Below, piece after piece: positions 1-53,000 of a stretch of DNA of 64,000 bases. This DNA comes from Nitrosopumilaceae archaeon. GTDB lineage: Archaea; Thermoproteota; Nitrososphaeria; Nitrososphaerales; Nitrosopumilaceae. The stretch covers positions 192,001 through 256,000 of the forward strand of contig CBDBMG010000001.1 of NCBI GenBank assembly GCA_965207375.1, given 5' to 3'. Positions within the stretch are counted from its first letter, which is position 1. Every line of letters begins with the position of its first letter. Position numbers and translations under genes: made by a program. The notes under the pieces are model-generated. The model was given only the letters and a program-made list of their open reading frames with translations. It was not told where the DNA came from and ran no database searches.

Positions 1-99
1 GTAGCATAGATAATGTGTTAACATATGTAAACATCTTAACATACATAGCATATACATACTTAGTCAAGAACAACATGATAGAAAGTTTCATTCCTGTGA

Positions 100-1100
100 A
101 AGCCAACCACTATTGACGATTTTGCTGTACATGTTTACTCGGGCTCTCAAATCAATGCCATCCTGCTTGGGCCTTTGATAAGGTGCCAAATCAACACTGA
201 TGTATCAGTTTGCAAAATTTGCCTACAATGGTATCCAAGGGACATTAGTGGACTGGGTTAAAGGCCTTTCAACTAACAGATCACAAAAAGTGACTTAAAT
301 AATGCTAGCAGAGACCCATCCAATGTTCTCTCAGATGTGCCTCAAGGCTCGGTGTTGAGACTCATACTTTTCCTGCTTTTCATCAACAATCTATCTACCT
401 AAACATGTCTCATCTAAGATTTATATGCTGATGATACATCACTATATAGAGTCATCCATTCACCAAATGATACAGCCATGCTTCAATAAGACCTTAAATT
501 TTTATCACTATTAGCACACAAGTGGCACTGAAATGGTCTTCAATGCTTCTAAATGTATGCATCTCATCATCACTCACAAAGCACTCCCCTTTCCCATCTG
601 CTCAATATTTTATCTCTAATCAAGCTATCCAACAAGCTACTAGTGCATGCCGTAATCTTTCGTGGTCTGAACATATTACAACAAAGCTAATTCTAACAGG
701 GATTTCTCATCTTACAAAAATTTAAGTCAATGTCAACCTTCTGTGAAATCAGCTTGTTACACCACCTATGTTAGGCCTATACTTGAGTATGCTTCAGCCA
801 TTTGGTCACCACACTTGTTATGTGACATTAACAGGATCGAATGGTACAACACCAATAAGCCAGGCTTGTATAATGATTTCTCCAGAACTTCAAGTGTTAC
901 ATCCTCTATGCTAAGTAACTTAAATTGACCTATTTTGGAACGGCAAAGAAGGAATATTAATGTGGGAACCTTATATCCATTTCACATCAGGTGATCATCT
1001 TTCTAAATCCCCGATACTAGTACTGATCCACTCTTGGACACAATTTGAAGTTACCAGCTGACAGCCAGAACTAACACATACTCTTTCTGCCATTATGGAA
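100..1100 (+). mobile_element. Degenerate non-LTR (LINE, CR1/L2/jockey-type) reverse transcriptase remnant
   Basis: RT motifs in broken frames: (K)AFDKVP ~170, VPQGSVLRLILFLLFINNL ~337-395, LYADD at 421-435, YTTYVRPILEYASAIWSPH (ORF 743-928). Many stops and frameshifts. Confidence 0.85.
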
Positions 1101-1355
1101 TTCTTTTATCAATTTCACAGATTTGAAGATACAATAAACACTTTAGATGCACATTATCATAGATAGTATACCCTACGTCAGTACTCACGTGCACCCTACC
1201 CGAAAACGTGATCGCTTGGCTACCCGTACACCTCTCCGTATACTAATCTTTAGCTAGTTTACAAAGTATAATATACGGAAAACAAAGGAACAGCACACTT
1301 TACTGCTGTTGTCGAGGCTGTTGTCTAATTGCAAGGAGAGTTGATCACGAGTGGC

Positions 1356-37477
<36,122 letters not shown>

Positions 37478-39311
37478 TCAGTGTGACTTCATCCCTCTTC
37501 ATGCTGGCATTTGACTATAGTAGTTTATATTTCTTTGTTAGGTTTCTGCACTGAAATTAGATTTAGAATTAACTGCTACTCTTTATTGTGCATTTAACTT
37601 TTAACTTCATAATTATGCCAACCATATGAGATCTGTATGCTAGCTTAAGTTGAAGACAAATATATGTAGCTAGCTAATACTTAGCTACATCTGGATCAGA
37701 GGCTAAAACTAAGTCCACCATGCTACGCTACCTATGCATGAATGTATAGCTACTTAATGCATCAACATGCACTGTTGCAACTAATGAGTTGTTATAGTTA
37801 AATCTCACACTTTTAAAACAGCTTTTCTAGCTATATGTGACAGGAAGACACTGGCATGGATTGTGGTTTGAGACTATAAAGCAGCACGATTACCTCAAAG
37901 AAGGCTCCTGTATCCTCTAAATACCAGGCATTGGAAAGCATTAGGCATAATAGGCTAATTATCTGGCACAGCAATCAATAAAGATCACCAAGAGAACACC
38001 GACCCTACAGGATTACATGGAGGCATAACTGATGCTTCAGTTCATTAATACATCAGAATGTGGCTAAAGGCTTAGCATGAAGTGATGTGCTCACATTATT
38101 TACCAAATTAATTGTATAAATTAATTTTGAGAAGAATATTTCAACAATTGTCTATAGAGTCTACTACGTAGCTATAGCTAGCTACATGTTTACAGTTTTA
38201 CACCGTCTAGTTTGCACTTAGTAGCTAGCTACTAGCTAGTCTAGTGCATGCTGTTTTGTAATATGCATGTGTTTCAAAATATCTAATTGTAAAAGTTGAC
38301 TTCAGATCATCTACCATATATGCGGTAATTTTCAAGGGTCTTACATTTCATGGAAGCCAATTAAGTCTGTAAGGATTTTTGCTGATCATCAAGCTGAATA
38401 CAGTGTTTCCTTAAGCCATGCATTGCTTCTTTTCGAGGATTAACCGGGGTTGTGAGTGCTACATTTTAAAAATTAAGCACAAATATTAGCTACACACACA
38501 TAAGCATATAGCTGATATTGAGCATAGCTACAGGTGAAATTTATGAGCACTGTAGCATACTATAATAATGACTGGCCCCTGCATGTCTATAGCTACCTAG
38601 GAGAAATAAGATCACATTCTCCTATATGACTGATTATATGGGTAGGTAACTAAGGTAACTAAGGCCCTGACTCTTTCTCTTAGGATTTGTATGCAAGTCA
38701 CTGGATGTACAGTACTTATATAAAATATATATTATACGTACTTATACATTCTACATATTACACTATACAAACCTTGTATTAGTTTCTGTTTCTGTACTTG
38801 CCACACTTATATTAGCTATAGCTATATTTATTTATTTAGTAAGTCATGTAGCTATGTAGCTATGCACATAACTTACTGACTAAAATGTTAACACAGTAGC
38901 ATATGTCATGAGAAGCAGGGATACTGAAGGTGTGGCCCAGAAGCTATGGGCTGTGTGTAAAGTACAGAAACAGCACTTGTGTAATGCAAAGGTTTAGCAT
39001 AATATGTAGAATCAACCTATAGCTATAGCTCTGAGATAGTACAGCCCCCAGACCTCTGCTTCTTATATATGCTAGCTAGCTACTATGTTTTGGCTCCCTT
39101 TCTCAGTAAGTTATCCATAGCTATATACATGCAACTAATTAGATAAATGTGTCATCTGGAGCAAACTACTGTGTAATTAACTGACACAACAATATATTGG
39201 TTACAAAATATTTATTATAGCTACATGAACTATTATATTATAGGTATGGTGACTGTTCTATTAGAGTGTATTGATCTTTTGATCTTTATGCTCAGTGCTC
39301 TTAATTATCTA

Positions 39312-40431
39312 TCATTAAGTACGGTAGTACTTAATAGTAGGGATTGGTAAGAAATTGTACGGCTTCGGGAAAATTTCGAGCTTTAAAAATCAACCTTGCA
39401 ATAGGCTTTACCCGAAAAAACCAGCTGGAATGCATTGGTAAGGCTGTAATGATGCTGTACCTTGGTTAAACGAAACGACAAGTCGAATATTTCGACCTAC
39501 AGCCAACTTTGAAAATTTCGAAATTCACCTGTATTTCGTCTGCCAGCCTGCCAGCCAGCCTGCCAGCCAGCCAGCCAGCCAGCCTGCCAGCCTGCCAGCC
39601 TACCGTAAGACCGGGTTGCGCTAGGTGTAGGGCTCCAGAAATTTCACACAATAAAGGTAATGGCGGCGCATTTACGAAAATCTTATTCCGAAGACGATTT
39701 ACCCACTGCGCCATGGCGATTCCCTTTATCCTTCATTCCTTTCCTTGTTCTTCTTTATTCCTTAGCAAGGTGCGAATTTCACTGAAGGTGACGATAGCCT
39801 GTAACGGCTTCTGCTTATTGCGTCACACAAAAACCTGGCTTGCACGTGATATAATTAGTTACAGTGGTACGATGTTTTCGCGTGTACTTTATTACATCGT
39901 GAACTTCGAGATTATAGCCTTGGACAAATAGCTTTTGCTGTTTTTCGAGCGTTATTTGCTATCACACAGCTGCTTTGCCATGTCAGCGCGTTGTTAATAA
40001 GCGCCTGTAAACAAGCATAATTATTACGTAAGCGCCTGTAACATTTTGTGCGCCTGCTAAAAGATTATTGAATGCTTAGCATGTATAAAAAGTAAACAAA
40101 CTAGAATGATAAAAATTAAAAATTTAAAAAGTAAGTAGGGATTGAACTTTGGATTCAATAGTGCTACAAAAAGTAAGGAAACAAGGAATAAGATTTTGGG
40201 ACGAGAGAACATTCTGGCATGAGATAATTTATAAAAGTTTAATCCCTACGTTTGGCTCACTTCATAGGTTTGCCAAAAGTAGGGATTAAATTTTTATAAA
40301 TTATCTCATGCCAGAATGTTCTCTCGTCCCAAAATCTTATTCCTTGTTTCCTTACTTTTGTAGCACTATTGAATCCAAAGTTCAATCCCTAGCTACTTAC
40401 TTTTTAAATTTTTAATTTTTTATCATTCTAG
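39312..40431 (+). mobile_element. Non-autonomous Helitron-like element with a 5' hairpin, microsatellite and ~330-bp 3' palindrome (copy A)
   Basis: A|TC start, CTAG|T end, no TSD; ATTAAGTAC-GGTA-GTACTTAAT hairpin; palindrome 40101-40431. Confidence 0.85.
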
Positions 40432-40807
40432 TTATATAATCAACTGGTGTCTAATTATATTGGCCAACTCAAGAATGCATTCCTAATATAGGTGGCTAGC
40501 CACATACCGTATCTGCCCCTGAACCATTAAAAGATTAGTCAGTATGGAGTGTAGCTATGACTGCCATGTATCAAAAACTCAAATTATATATAGCTAGATA
40601 TTACTATATACGTACGTAGCTAGATGTATAGATCAACAGTAGGCCATTATTACATTATGCTGGAAGTAAATATATTTACTGCATGAAAATTTGGCCTTTG
40701 TTCATGACACAGAAGGTTAATATACTCTAATAGAACAGTCAAGCAATCATCAGATTGCTGAGTGCTAAACAAAAATTTAAAGTGATGGGTTTATGACAGT
40801 GTTTATT

Positions 40808-41030
<223 letters not shown>

Positions 41031-44000
41031 CTATATATTAACCACTGATCAGTGATGTGATCCATTAACTATAATAATTAGCTAATAGAGGCTGGCCTAG
41101 CTATAGTTTTTCAAACTGGTGATTGCCTCTAATTAACAGCTATATAGTATAATATAAGTACCAAGCTGTTGTGCCTTGTAAAACTGCAACTAAAGAATTA
41201 AAACTACATGCCAGCCAGCTTATTGAAAGAGCTACTAACCAAACATGATATATAATTTATACTGACCAAGCTAATTGAATTATTGACCAATTTATTGGCT
41301 AATTTATTGTTAGGAACCACATGAAATCTGATTGGCTAAAAATGTCAGGTCATGCAACTACACATATAACATTAAATTCGGACCACACAGCAGGCTGAAT
41401 GGCTATATGTAGGCTACATAGGAAGTTCAAATGAACTGATAAAATATCGTTAATTGTGTGGCCGGAACAAGAAGTGCAGATTTTTTCAGTTGCAAGTTAT
41501 TCATGTCCCTAAGTGATAATACATTGGTAGAGCTCAGGCTTAGCTGCTGACTTTCAACTGAAATGATCATGTACCATTTTGATACGTAAAATTCCGTATT
41601 CCATAGTGCATCTGATAGGTTTCACCTCGCAACTATCGAGTTGATTGTCAGAATTGTGGAGTTGGATCAAGATGGCTCGTCTAGCTATATACTTGTTAAC
41701 AGCATTGGATTTAGTAAGTTCTTGGTTATATCTAGCGTGATTTTTGTAATACACTAAGTAGCCTGAGGGATATTGCGAGGTAGTTTATTGTGGCAGCCGG
41801 GGGGTCAGTAACGAGACAAAATCGTCGACGTAATTTGAAAGTTGGGCTCAAAGTTGGGTTAAATTTCTTCAAATTTCACATGAACTTAAATTATTCTATT
41901 ATAAGCGCGCCTTTGTAATTAACGCCATAACGAAATTTAAATCCTGCCCTGCAAAAGCCAAGCAGTTTTCCGCATGCCGAATAATTGTGTTTGTGCATTA
42001 ATACCCTTTGCGTAGTTCTACTGCTGGGAGTGAGGCCGGGAGTTTACTGTTTAGAGACTCAGATTTCCGAACGGTTATCCCCTCAAGTTACTTGATTATT
42101 GTAGAGCTAGCTAGCCAGCCATTGCACTATACCTAGCAATGTGGAACACACAGAGACACTGACACACACATACACAGTTCAAACAGCCGGACTCTTCCTG
42201 TGAAAGCCATAGCTATGGCTATAGCTACGGCGCACGTGCAGTGCATGATGGCCAATCAATAATAGCTATAGGTACAGTAAAGTATCTGTTTGACTCATAT
42301 CATCTAGGCTACAAAGCCTCACACCTCACCTTGCACAAAACCTTCATATACTTCATGATTCCGTGCATAATGTAAGCGTAAGTCCCCTGTGCACCCACTC
42401 TTGCAAGTCTGACAATCAGCAGCCATCTTGGTAGCTGTTAAAGCATGTGGTAACTAGCTAGCTATATTCTAGTACACGTGATATATTGCTAACTATGCTT
42501 TAGCTAGTAAGTATCTATAGGTATATAGGTATATGTATATAGCTAGCATTATAACATATATAGCTACGTAAAAGATTCATACATGATAAGTAACATGTCA
42601 CTGAATATAGGTATAGCCAGATAAGGACGTCTGAACTGATATCAGCCAGCTAGCTGTAGCTATATACCTGCTACAGAGCTAGATATAGTTGGAATTTCAG
42701 CCTCCTATTAGTCTGCTTTAATTGCTGAAATTTTATAGCTTTGGTATACTGAGGACCCAAAAATATCTTGTAAGTCTGGCCTGTCCAGCAGTGGTGATTC
42801 TGCATGTGGAGAAAAGCAAAAGAAAACCATTCAAATATACGCAGCTATTTAGCTAATTTAGCTGATAATGGTAACCATATTTGTTAAAGTCTATTACTGG
42901 CCTTGATTCATAGACCTTTATTATAATTGAGATGCATATTTGAAGTCAGATTTCAAATTTCTAATTTCAAGCCAAATTTCAGATTTCAGAAATAAATTTC
43001 ACAAGGCATTGACAAAATTTCAGGTTGTTACTGACCCTTTGGTGGCAGCTAGGCAGCCGGCTATGTAGAATCAAGGGGGCGGCGACACAATCAATTCTCT
43101 TTTACCATAGGTGATTTTAAAGGGTCTGGGGTACAGCCCCCCACCCCTGCCCTGTTGAAAATAAGTTGTGAAAAATCTTACAGTATAGCTACAACACTGA
43201 TGGTAATTGATTAAGCAGTGAGTCTATAGAGTCTAGCACATCCGAAGTTTCCTAGGACATAGCTATAGCTATACTTAATTAAGGAGCAAACTTCACAAAA
43301 TTTATATTTCTGAGTGAAGTAGTATAACTTCCTTGGTCCCCTGACAAAAAACTAAGCCTCCTGTGTCCTAGTTCTAGAATTATCACTGGTTTTTATACGT
43401 ATACACCTTAAAATGCTACTAGTTTGATTATATCATGTATAAGTGCTCTCTCTGCTTAAAGTGTGTGTCATGTTATACCATCTTGATAACACAGTGCATG
43501 GTTAGCCCCCTCACCTGCCACCTCAGTCAAAAATACAAAAGGATGGATATGTTGTTAGAACACTAATTCTTGTCCATTTAATTGCATAACAATTTATACT
43601 AAAGGGGTAGCTTTGCCTTGAATTAAATACACTCTAAACCTGGCATTTCTGTACTTTACAAAATAGAACATCCCATAGCTTCTGAGGGCTACACCCCATA
43701 GCCCCTGCTTTAGAGATCCACTGTACTAGCTGTGCTTAGCTCCCCTCTCTAGATCTGGCTATGGCTGGGTGGGATAACCTATACCACTCTACTTCATGAA
43801 TTTTTAATCATATAGCCCTTTCTGTCTCATTCACAAACTAGCGTGAATGATGGAGGTTATAGAATATGGATCTAACTAGATATAAAATCTGTAAAGTCTG
43901 GGGGGTTGAAACCCCCTGGGTACCTAACCATGGCACTGAGGGATACTAGTTTCCCAGTGAATAAGTCTTGTGATTAGCAGTGCAGCCTCTATTATAATAT

Positions 44001-44678
44001 CCTTCTTTTCTTTCCACAGTTAAGGGGTTTATCACAAACACTACACTATATCCCACGGCTATAAACCTGTGAGAAGGCTTATAATTATATAGCTTGTTTG
44101 ACAGGGATGCAGAAAAAATCATGTCACGATACTCGTAATCAGTATGCACTTCACACATGCAGTCTGCTATACACCAGACTATATATACATATGAAGACAG
44201 GCCATACTGGAACAAAATTGAACAAAAAATTTATTACATTATATATGTGATCTGTTAGACTACACCCACTGAGAATAACCTTCAAAGCATAGTGCTTGAA
44301 TGCCTTCCCTATACAATACTCTCTGTGGTGCTTAGCCCTATTGAAGCACATTTAAATACTGGGCTTCAGTTTATGGCAATATAAATTTTGTCCTACAATG
44401 TCTGCAGTGAATGGAAAAGAATAACAGTAAACTTGAAAAACATACTATGCACCATGTATAATGTCTTGCATGATAAGTAAAATAGACTGTACATGAGCTT
44501 GTGCATGATATTTTTATAGGCACTGGTGATATGGGGTCAGCAGACATTTGCACCGATCGTTCCAACCTTTCCCCCTCCTCCAACCATGAATGCTGGTATA
44601 GTCAAAATATTATTATTTCATTATTTAGTTATAAAAATTGTATTTATAAACATAGGAACACACTCTGGCAATGAATGA

Positions 44679-46142
<1,464 letters not shown>

Positions 46143-46411
46143 TTTATATAAGACTAATACAAAAATGTCCATCAAAAGTATGTAGTTATAGCTAGAATTT
46201 AAAAAAATCTTGTGCCAGTATTGTTCCATATATCCTACTGCATTTTCCTTGGAATTTTAGGCATGGGGGTTAGGCATGGGAGAGACAAGGTAGGCAAAGG
46301 AGACTAGAAAAATAAAGAAGAGGCAATGATAAAAATGACTAGATAGGCATGAGAGTAGCTACATAGCTATATACTTGAAAAATATGTGGGTGAAAGAACA
46401 AAAAATTAAAT

Positions 46412-46655
46412 GTGACTGAATTTTGGAAAACCTACGTACCATCTACACACAAGTGAAATAATTAACTTTGCCACTTCATAACTCAGACCCACAAGCCAAC
46501 TAAAAGTATTTCTACAATTATTCTGGTAATTCAATGTATCCCTAACAGATATATCAGACTATTTAACCAAAGTCTCATTTCAAGCTTAGTGAAATACTTG
46601 TAATTATTTTGTTTGTCTCTTGTGTGTAGATGGTAGGTTTTCCAAATCCGGTCAC
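46412..46655. mobile_element. Sola1-like MITE with AAAT TSD
   Basis: AAAT|GTGACTGAATTTTGGAAAACCTAC ... GTAGGTTTTCCAAATCCGGTCAC|AAAT. Confidence 0.8.
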
Positions 46656-47093
46656 AAATATTTACTGATTGAAAAGGACCAAAAAGGCTATTTTTAGAAG
46701 TAGAATATTGGAAGTCACCAATGATAGGTTATGTATCCTTACTGGTGAGTTAGCATTCTACATTGTGTAATGCATAAAGCTATAGCTATGTAGGTATATA
46801 CTAACATACTGATGGTACAAGCATAAGATGTAATAGCCGCTTGTGATTAACATATATCATATGCTTATGTAGCTTCTTCAACTCTCAGACACCTTTAAAT
46901 ACAAAATTTCCATTATTTCATCTTTTCAGTTCATAGTTACCATCCCTGTAGCTGCACTGTTGCTTGTACACTGAGAACATACAGTGTATTGTCCTTATAA
47001 TTATTATTGCATGTGAAGGTCATCAGTGGTAAGTATCTATCATAGCACCAGGCTCACCCCACAATGCCATGCATTTCACCTAGTAATTTATAG

Positions 47094-50000
47094 ATGTTGC
47101 CTTTATTACTAGTGATAAATGGATCAGTGGTTGTGTTTGTTGGAGAACCTGTTGTAGTTGGAGAGGATGTACGAGTGACTATTGACTGTAGTCCACTGAT
47201 AGATGAAGCAATAGCTGGTGGAATTTCAAATCCCACTGTAACTTGGTTTAGAGATGGAAATGAACTTACAAATGCAACTGTAACAAATGTTCAAATATCT
47301 GCTGATATGAGACTTTGTATAATTACTGATACCTTACTGGCTGTTGGTGGTCAACTTGGAAATGAAGGCAATTATTCCTGTCAAGTTTGTGATGATCCCA
47401 CAGGTCCAAATTGCAGAAATGAAATCACTTGCAATGCAGTTTGTGGTGAGTAAGATTTTTGTTCTTTTTTGTTATAATGATATTGGTACCTATATTTCTT
47501 TAGGCTACCCTCATATAGTGCCACCAACTGTACCAGCAACTGTGAATCCATTTTTTATATCACTAACATGTGGACAAGACGTTACTATTGAAAGTTTAGT
47601 AGGAGTAGTTTCTCTTTCTATTGGCTGTCAGGCATTGAATGGATCAGAACCTTTGGTTACAGAAATTTACAAGGATGGTGAACTCCTCGGAGGTACAGGT
47701 TTTACATTTACAATGCTACCTCCTAGTGATGATGATTTTGGTACATATACTTTTGCACTGTCAACTGAAAAGTGTGGTACAACTACAGCAGTGTCTAGAA
47801 TAATTCGTCATGGTTAGATCTTTTTACTTTTTATAAAGTGGTAGTTACAGGGTAACTATATACCATGGTTAATTACAAGTGTTACTATACGGCTATAAGC
47901 TATTATAATATATACACAACTAATGATGGGGAAATATGATGAAAAGTCCGAAGTGTTAACTTGCTACTCCTTTTCATATTTAAGCTGTTAATGACACTTC
48001 AATTACTCTACATGGTTTCTTGTCAGCACTTGCTTATAATTAACACTTAAAAGTAGCAGTGATACAGTGGTGGCTGAAGGGTGGTTGAGAGGCTCCCGAC
48101 TTTATAAAATTCATGGGCAGAGCCCCTTCAAAACTAATGAATTGTGATGTAGTATAACATTTACTACCCTAATAGAACAGTCGATAGGAACACATCAAGA
48201 ATCCTATTTGTTTCCACTGCATCTGTGATATGCTTAACAATAACAGCCTGGCTGAAAAAGTGTGAGGCCAATCAGAAGGAGCATTATCAAATGGTTATAG
48301 GTAACCAAAAACTTTGATATCAAGTAGCTATGGCCAAGAAGGTAAAATTAATCCTAAACAAAAACAGTCTGGCTGTAAAAAAAGTCCAAGGCGGCATTGT
48401 ATCAAGTGACAACCAACCAAAGACTTTGATATCAAGTACAGCCAAGAAGGTAAAACTTTTTGTTAAAAATCCTTTCACTTGAATGATATAGCTACAATAA
48501 TTCACAGGACATTTTCACAACTATGATTGGTTTTGTCACTTGACCACCTTTATAAATAATGGATGGTACAAAAAGGTGGCCAAGTGACAAAACCAATCAT
48601 AGTTGCGAAAATGTCCTGTGAACTAGTATATTTACCCTGTAAAGCAATGAAGAGTCATAAAAGAGCCTGTGGGGTCACTGAAGGGCATTATTAATGTGGC
48701 ATGGGGTGCCAAGCAGCTCCCTATGTCCACCTCAGCTTGTGCTATGGTCTGGAGCCACTGTGATCAACTACTAAACATATCATGAAGCTTGGCTGCCTCT
48801 GTCTACTGGCAGTTATAACCAACCCACCATCACCCTCTCCACCCCCTTCCCACCTGTTCACCCCTTATATGCAACGTTCATGATATTCCGGAAGCCTCTC
48901 AAAAATCAATGATTTCAACTAGCTGCCAACTTTGTTCATATAATGCTAGGTATGTATAAAACTAGTCTACCTTGTTGCAAATCTAGAGTGATTATATACA
49001 ATTAAGCATACAGTGTCTTGAATAATTAAAATTGGTATTTGTGACAATACAGCTAGTATTCAGGTACAAATAGTACAAGATTAGCTATGATGCATAGCCA
49101 GCACTGAGCTCACCATATCATGAAGCAGCTACAGTAAAACTCAACTAAACTGCTACTGTTCTGGGCTTTGTATTGTTAATGCTAAACAAAAACAGCCTGG
49201 CTGTAAAAAAAGTGCGAGGCCAATCAGAAGCCACAAATATAAGCGACCAAAAACTCTGATATCAAGTAAGGCCAAGAAATTGAACATTTTATTAAGAATC
49301 TTTTTACTTGAATGACATACAATAGTTTACAGGGCATTTTCACAACTATGATTGGCTTTGTCACTTGGCCACCTTATAAAAGATGATAGTGCAAAAAGGT
49401 GGCCAAGTGACAAAGCCAATCATAGTTGTGAAAATGCCCTGTAAACTATTGTATGTCATTCAAGTAAAAACATTCTTAATAAAATGTTCAATTTCTTGGC
49501 CTTACTTGATATCAGAGTTTTTGGTCGCTTATATTTGTGGCTTCTGATTGGCCTCGCACTTTTTTTACAGCCAGGCTGTTTTTGTTTAGCATATCACTGC
49601 TTTTTGTAAATATTCAAAAACAGATTATATACTATAAATAAGTCCTGACAAGAAACCTTATATATAGTATGCAGAGTAATAAAATTTTAAAGGGAAGAGG
49701 AGGAAGTTAATATTTTGGGTATTTCCCTTGTATTCCCCCAAATAACTAATGAACATTATAAAGTATGTGTTATTATAATATAATTGTTAGCTATGTAGGT
49801 GGAGAACAGTTGAGAACTTCAATGAAGGCTACATCATTGCCATCCTCTACTGTTGATTGATCTACAGGAGAAGACAATTAATATTATAGTGCAAAATATT
49901 GTGTATGCTAATAGTGACAGTGGTCTCCTATTTGTAATGTGTGGCCATTGTTCACCTCTTGTTGTTTGGTATAATTATCATGGCACATTAACATGAATGA

Positions 50001-53000
50001 AATCGTTAAAGGCTAATTTTGATAAACTGAAGTGTCATAATTTCTTTAAACTTATCCTGAAGATTCATATATCAATATAGCTTGTGTATCTGAAATTTCA
50101 TTCAAATGATTTAGAGGGGGTCCGAGTTATGGAAACTATCAACATACAGTGTAAAAGTATCTCTCAAATACATTGAGGTATTTGCTTAATGCTGAAAGTT
50201 GTTTGTCTGGTAGAGCATACATAGGAGAAGTGTTGATACAAATTTGGTTGAAATCCATGCAGAAATGAATGAGTTATTAGACAAACAAGTGTATGTACTA
50301 AATGAGTGTTTTAAATATAAATTCCGGGATTCACGCCGGGGGTCACGCAAGCCCACGAAAAGTGTGCGATGAAAATAAAAGAAAGAAAGTAGAAAGAAAG
50401 AAAAAGAAAACGACGGCCGCGTAAAAAATTTTTTACTGGAAGGAGGACTTTATAAGGCTGTATCAGAAGACTGGCTGGTCCGATTTCGATGAACTTTGGG
50501 TTACTGATTCTACATTAAATGAAGGTACTAATTCTCTAATCAACGAACGAAAAGGGGCGGGGCAGATGGTTCGTCGTGCGTTGTCGCAAAACGAGCGCCA
50601 TAAAACTCGCAATGGCTGATACTCAGGAATGGAGGCAGCTATTTACTTCATTGTTGGTATATTGATTCTATATAGTAAGAACGTACTAGGTCTGTAATAA
50701 CTAAGCGGTAGCTTTTATGGCGGCTTAGTTACAGCGTCTGCGAATTTTTGAGCGGTGCTACCTGTAAATAACTCACTCGTTCGTCGTGTACGGCTGCTTC
50801 TTCTTGGCCTCGCGACTCACTATCGTGAGTCTTGATTTACTGGATTGTAAGTCAGTGTGAAAATAGTCTGCATTAGCTATACATCACTGATCCTTTAAAT
50901 AGCTCTCCTGTGTGTTAGCACATTATAGTATAACCGATTTTCCAACATACAAACTAGCTATATTCTGTATAAGCAACAATGCAGTCAAATGATTGGTGTG
51001 CTATAGTTAGCATTTATCCTATGGTGATCATGAGAGTGGCTGATAGCCATTAATATGATATACATGGATAGTCACTTTACTGAAATTTTTGAAAGTTTGT
51101 TCATATATAGAATAGTTGCATAAGTGGCTAATTAATTACTTCCGTGTAGCAAAATTGTATGCTTTGTTATATGAGTATTTCATGAGTAGAAGTTTTATTA
51201 CAATGCCTCTAAACATTGCTATGTTAGCAGGAGGCAAGGAGGAAGGTACGTATAGTAGAAACATGTAGCTAGAGTGGAGAGATTTCATTTTCACAGTCAG
51301 CGAATTATTGCTAAGTATTAGCAGGTTTTGTGTGGGCAGCAAAATCCTTTTCCCTTGAATAGAGTGAGTGACAATAAGAGAATGCTAAGATGATGGTATT
51401 GGGCAGTAGCTACACACTTAACATTTCATTGGCAAAGCTATGTATGTTACAGCTTTGTTTAGAGAACGTGACCTTTGATGATTTAAGTAGAGCACTTGTT
51501 CTTGTTGGACACAGTAGAACCACTCTGATTTTAAGTGTCTTTTGCCATAGTATTTCCCAACCACCTTCCTGTTATTTTTAACAAATCAGTATCCAATTTA
51601 TGTCAAAAGAATATAGCTAACAGACAGCTGAACTACAGCAAAAAAATGAAATTATGCCACTCTTTTTATTTGCCACATGGAAGTTGTTTTACATCATGTT
51701 TGTGACGTGTTTGCAACTACTCTGTACAAGAAACAATTTGACAATTTGTATGTCTGACTTACCGTATATTGCTTTTTGTTCACGGTGAAAAAGTTTTGCG
51801 GATGGATGAGGTACTTCTAATTCGCTGGTAAACTTTCGCGGTTCACTGCAGAAGTTTGCTGCTTATCAGGTGTCATAGAATTGTTTATTGTATGAATGAA
51901 AAGGTTTCAATGAAAAAGTTTCATGGAAAAATTTTCACGGTTACCGATTGAACTGCGAAAACAGCGATAGTTTTTCACCACAAACAAAAAGCAATATACA
52001 GTATTTAATTACTCTTGTTTTGTTTTTCAATTTATCTATTTTATTAGGTGTTCCACCAGACATTGATGAGGGGCCATTTATACCACAGCCACCTACTGTT
52101 ATGCCTGGAGACATGACAGTTACAATAGGAACTCCTACATATATAGTTGATGGATTTGAAGTTACTCTTGTCTGTAACATTGTTAGTGGAACACGCCCAA
52201 TTACCATTATGTGGATTCGTAATGGAGCATTTTACCCAGCTGGAGGAAATCAATCTATTATTACAGTACCTGATACTGATTATAATGATGGCGATGTCTT
52301 CACTTGTAGAGCTGATAATACTATAGGGTTTGACATGGAGAATACTACTATAAATGTGTTTGGTAAGTGAAATTTCCATATTTTCATTCATAGTAACATA
52401 CAATTAATATACAAGTCAGTCTTATTGCATAATTTCATGTCAATGATATAAGAATTGAAATATTGACAACTTTACTGAAATCTGTGTTATCAAGTGGTAA
52501 TGAGTTACACAGCCAAGTAAAGTAGACTTAATTCATGCATAGTCATAAAGCATGCCACCACCACAATGAGTATTGCAAGCATGTAATAAAACACCAAACT
52601 GAACTGTTACTAAACCTTTTAAATACTGGGCTCCATAAAACCACTTACCAGTAATCTTCACTATGTCTTCCAACCTAGGATGTTAATCCTTTTCTAGCTT
52701 CTACTTATGGATTCTATAGGACATTCTAAGTCTAGACCTGTCACTGGTTTTTACAAAAGTTTCTTGACTTAAATAGTATCATGCACTTATGATATAGTTT
52801 GGTCTTTCTCTAAATCAACTTTGTGGGTTTGTAAAATTTCAGGCTGAACCACCTCTGTAATATTGTATGGCTCATGTGTCCTTGACTAATTAAGGTGTGA
52901 ATTTTATGTTTTACATTAGCTAATAACATTGTACTGCATAGCATATGTGAGAGCAACACTGATTGTCAGCCTTGTTTGAAATTTATATTTGTTTTAATGT

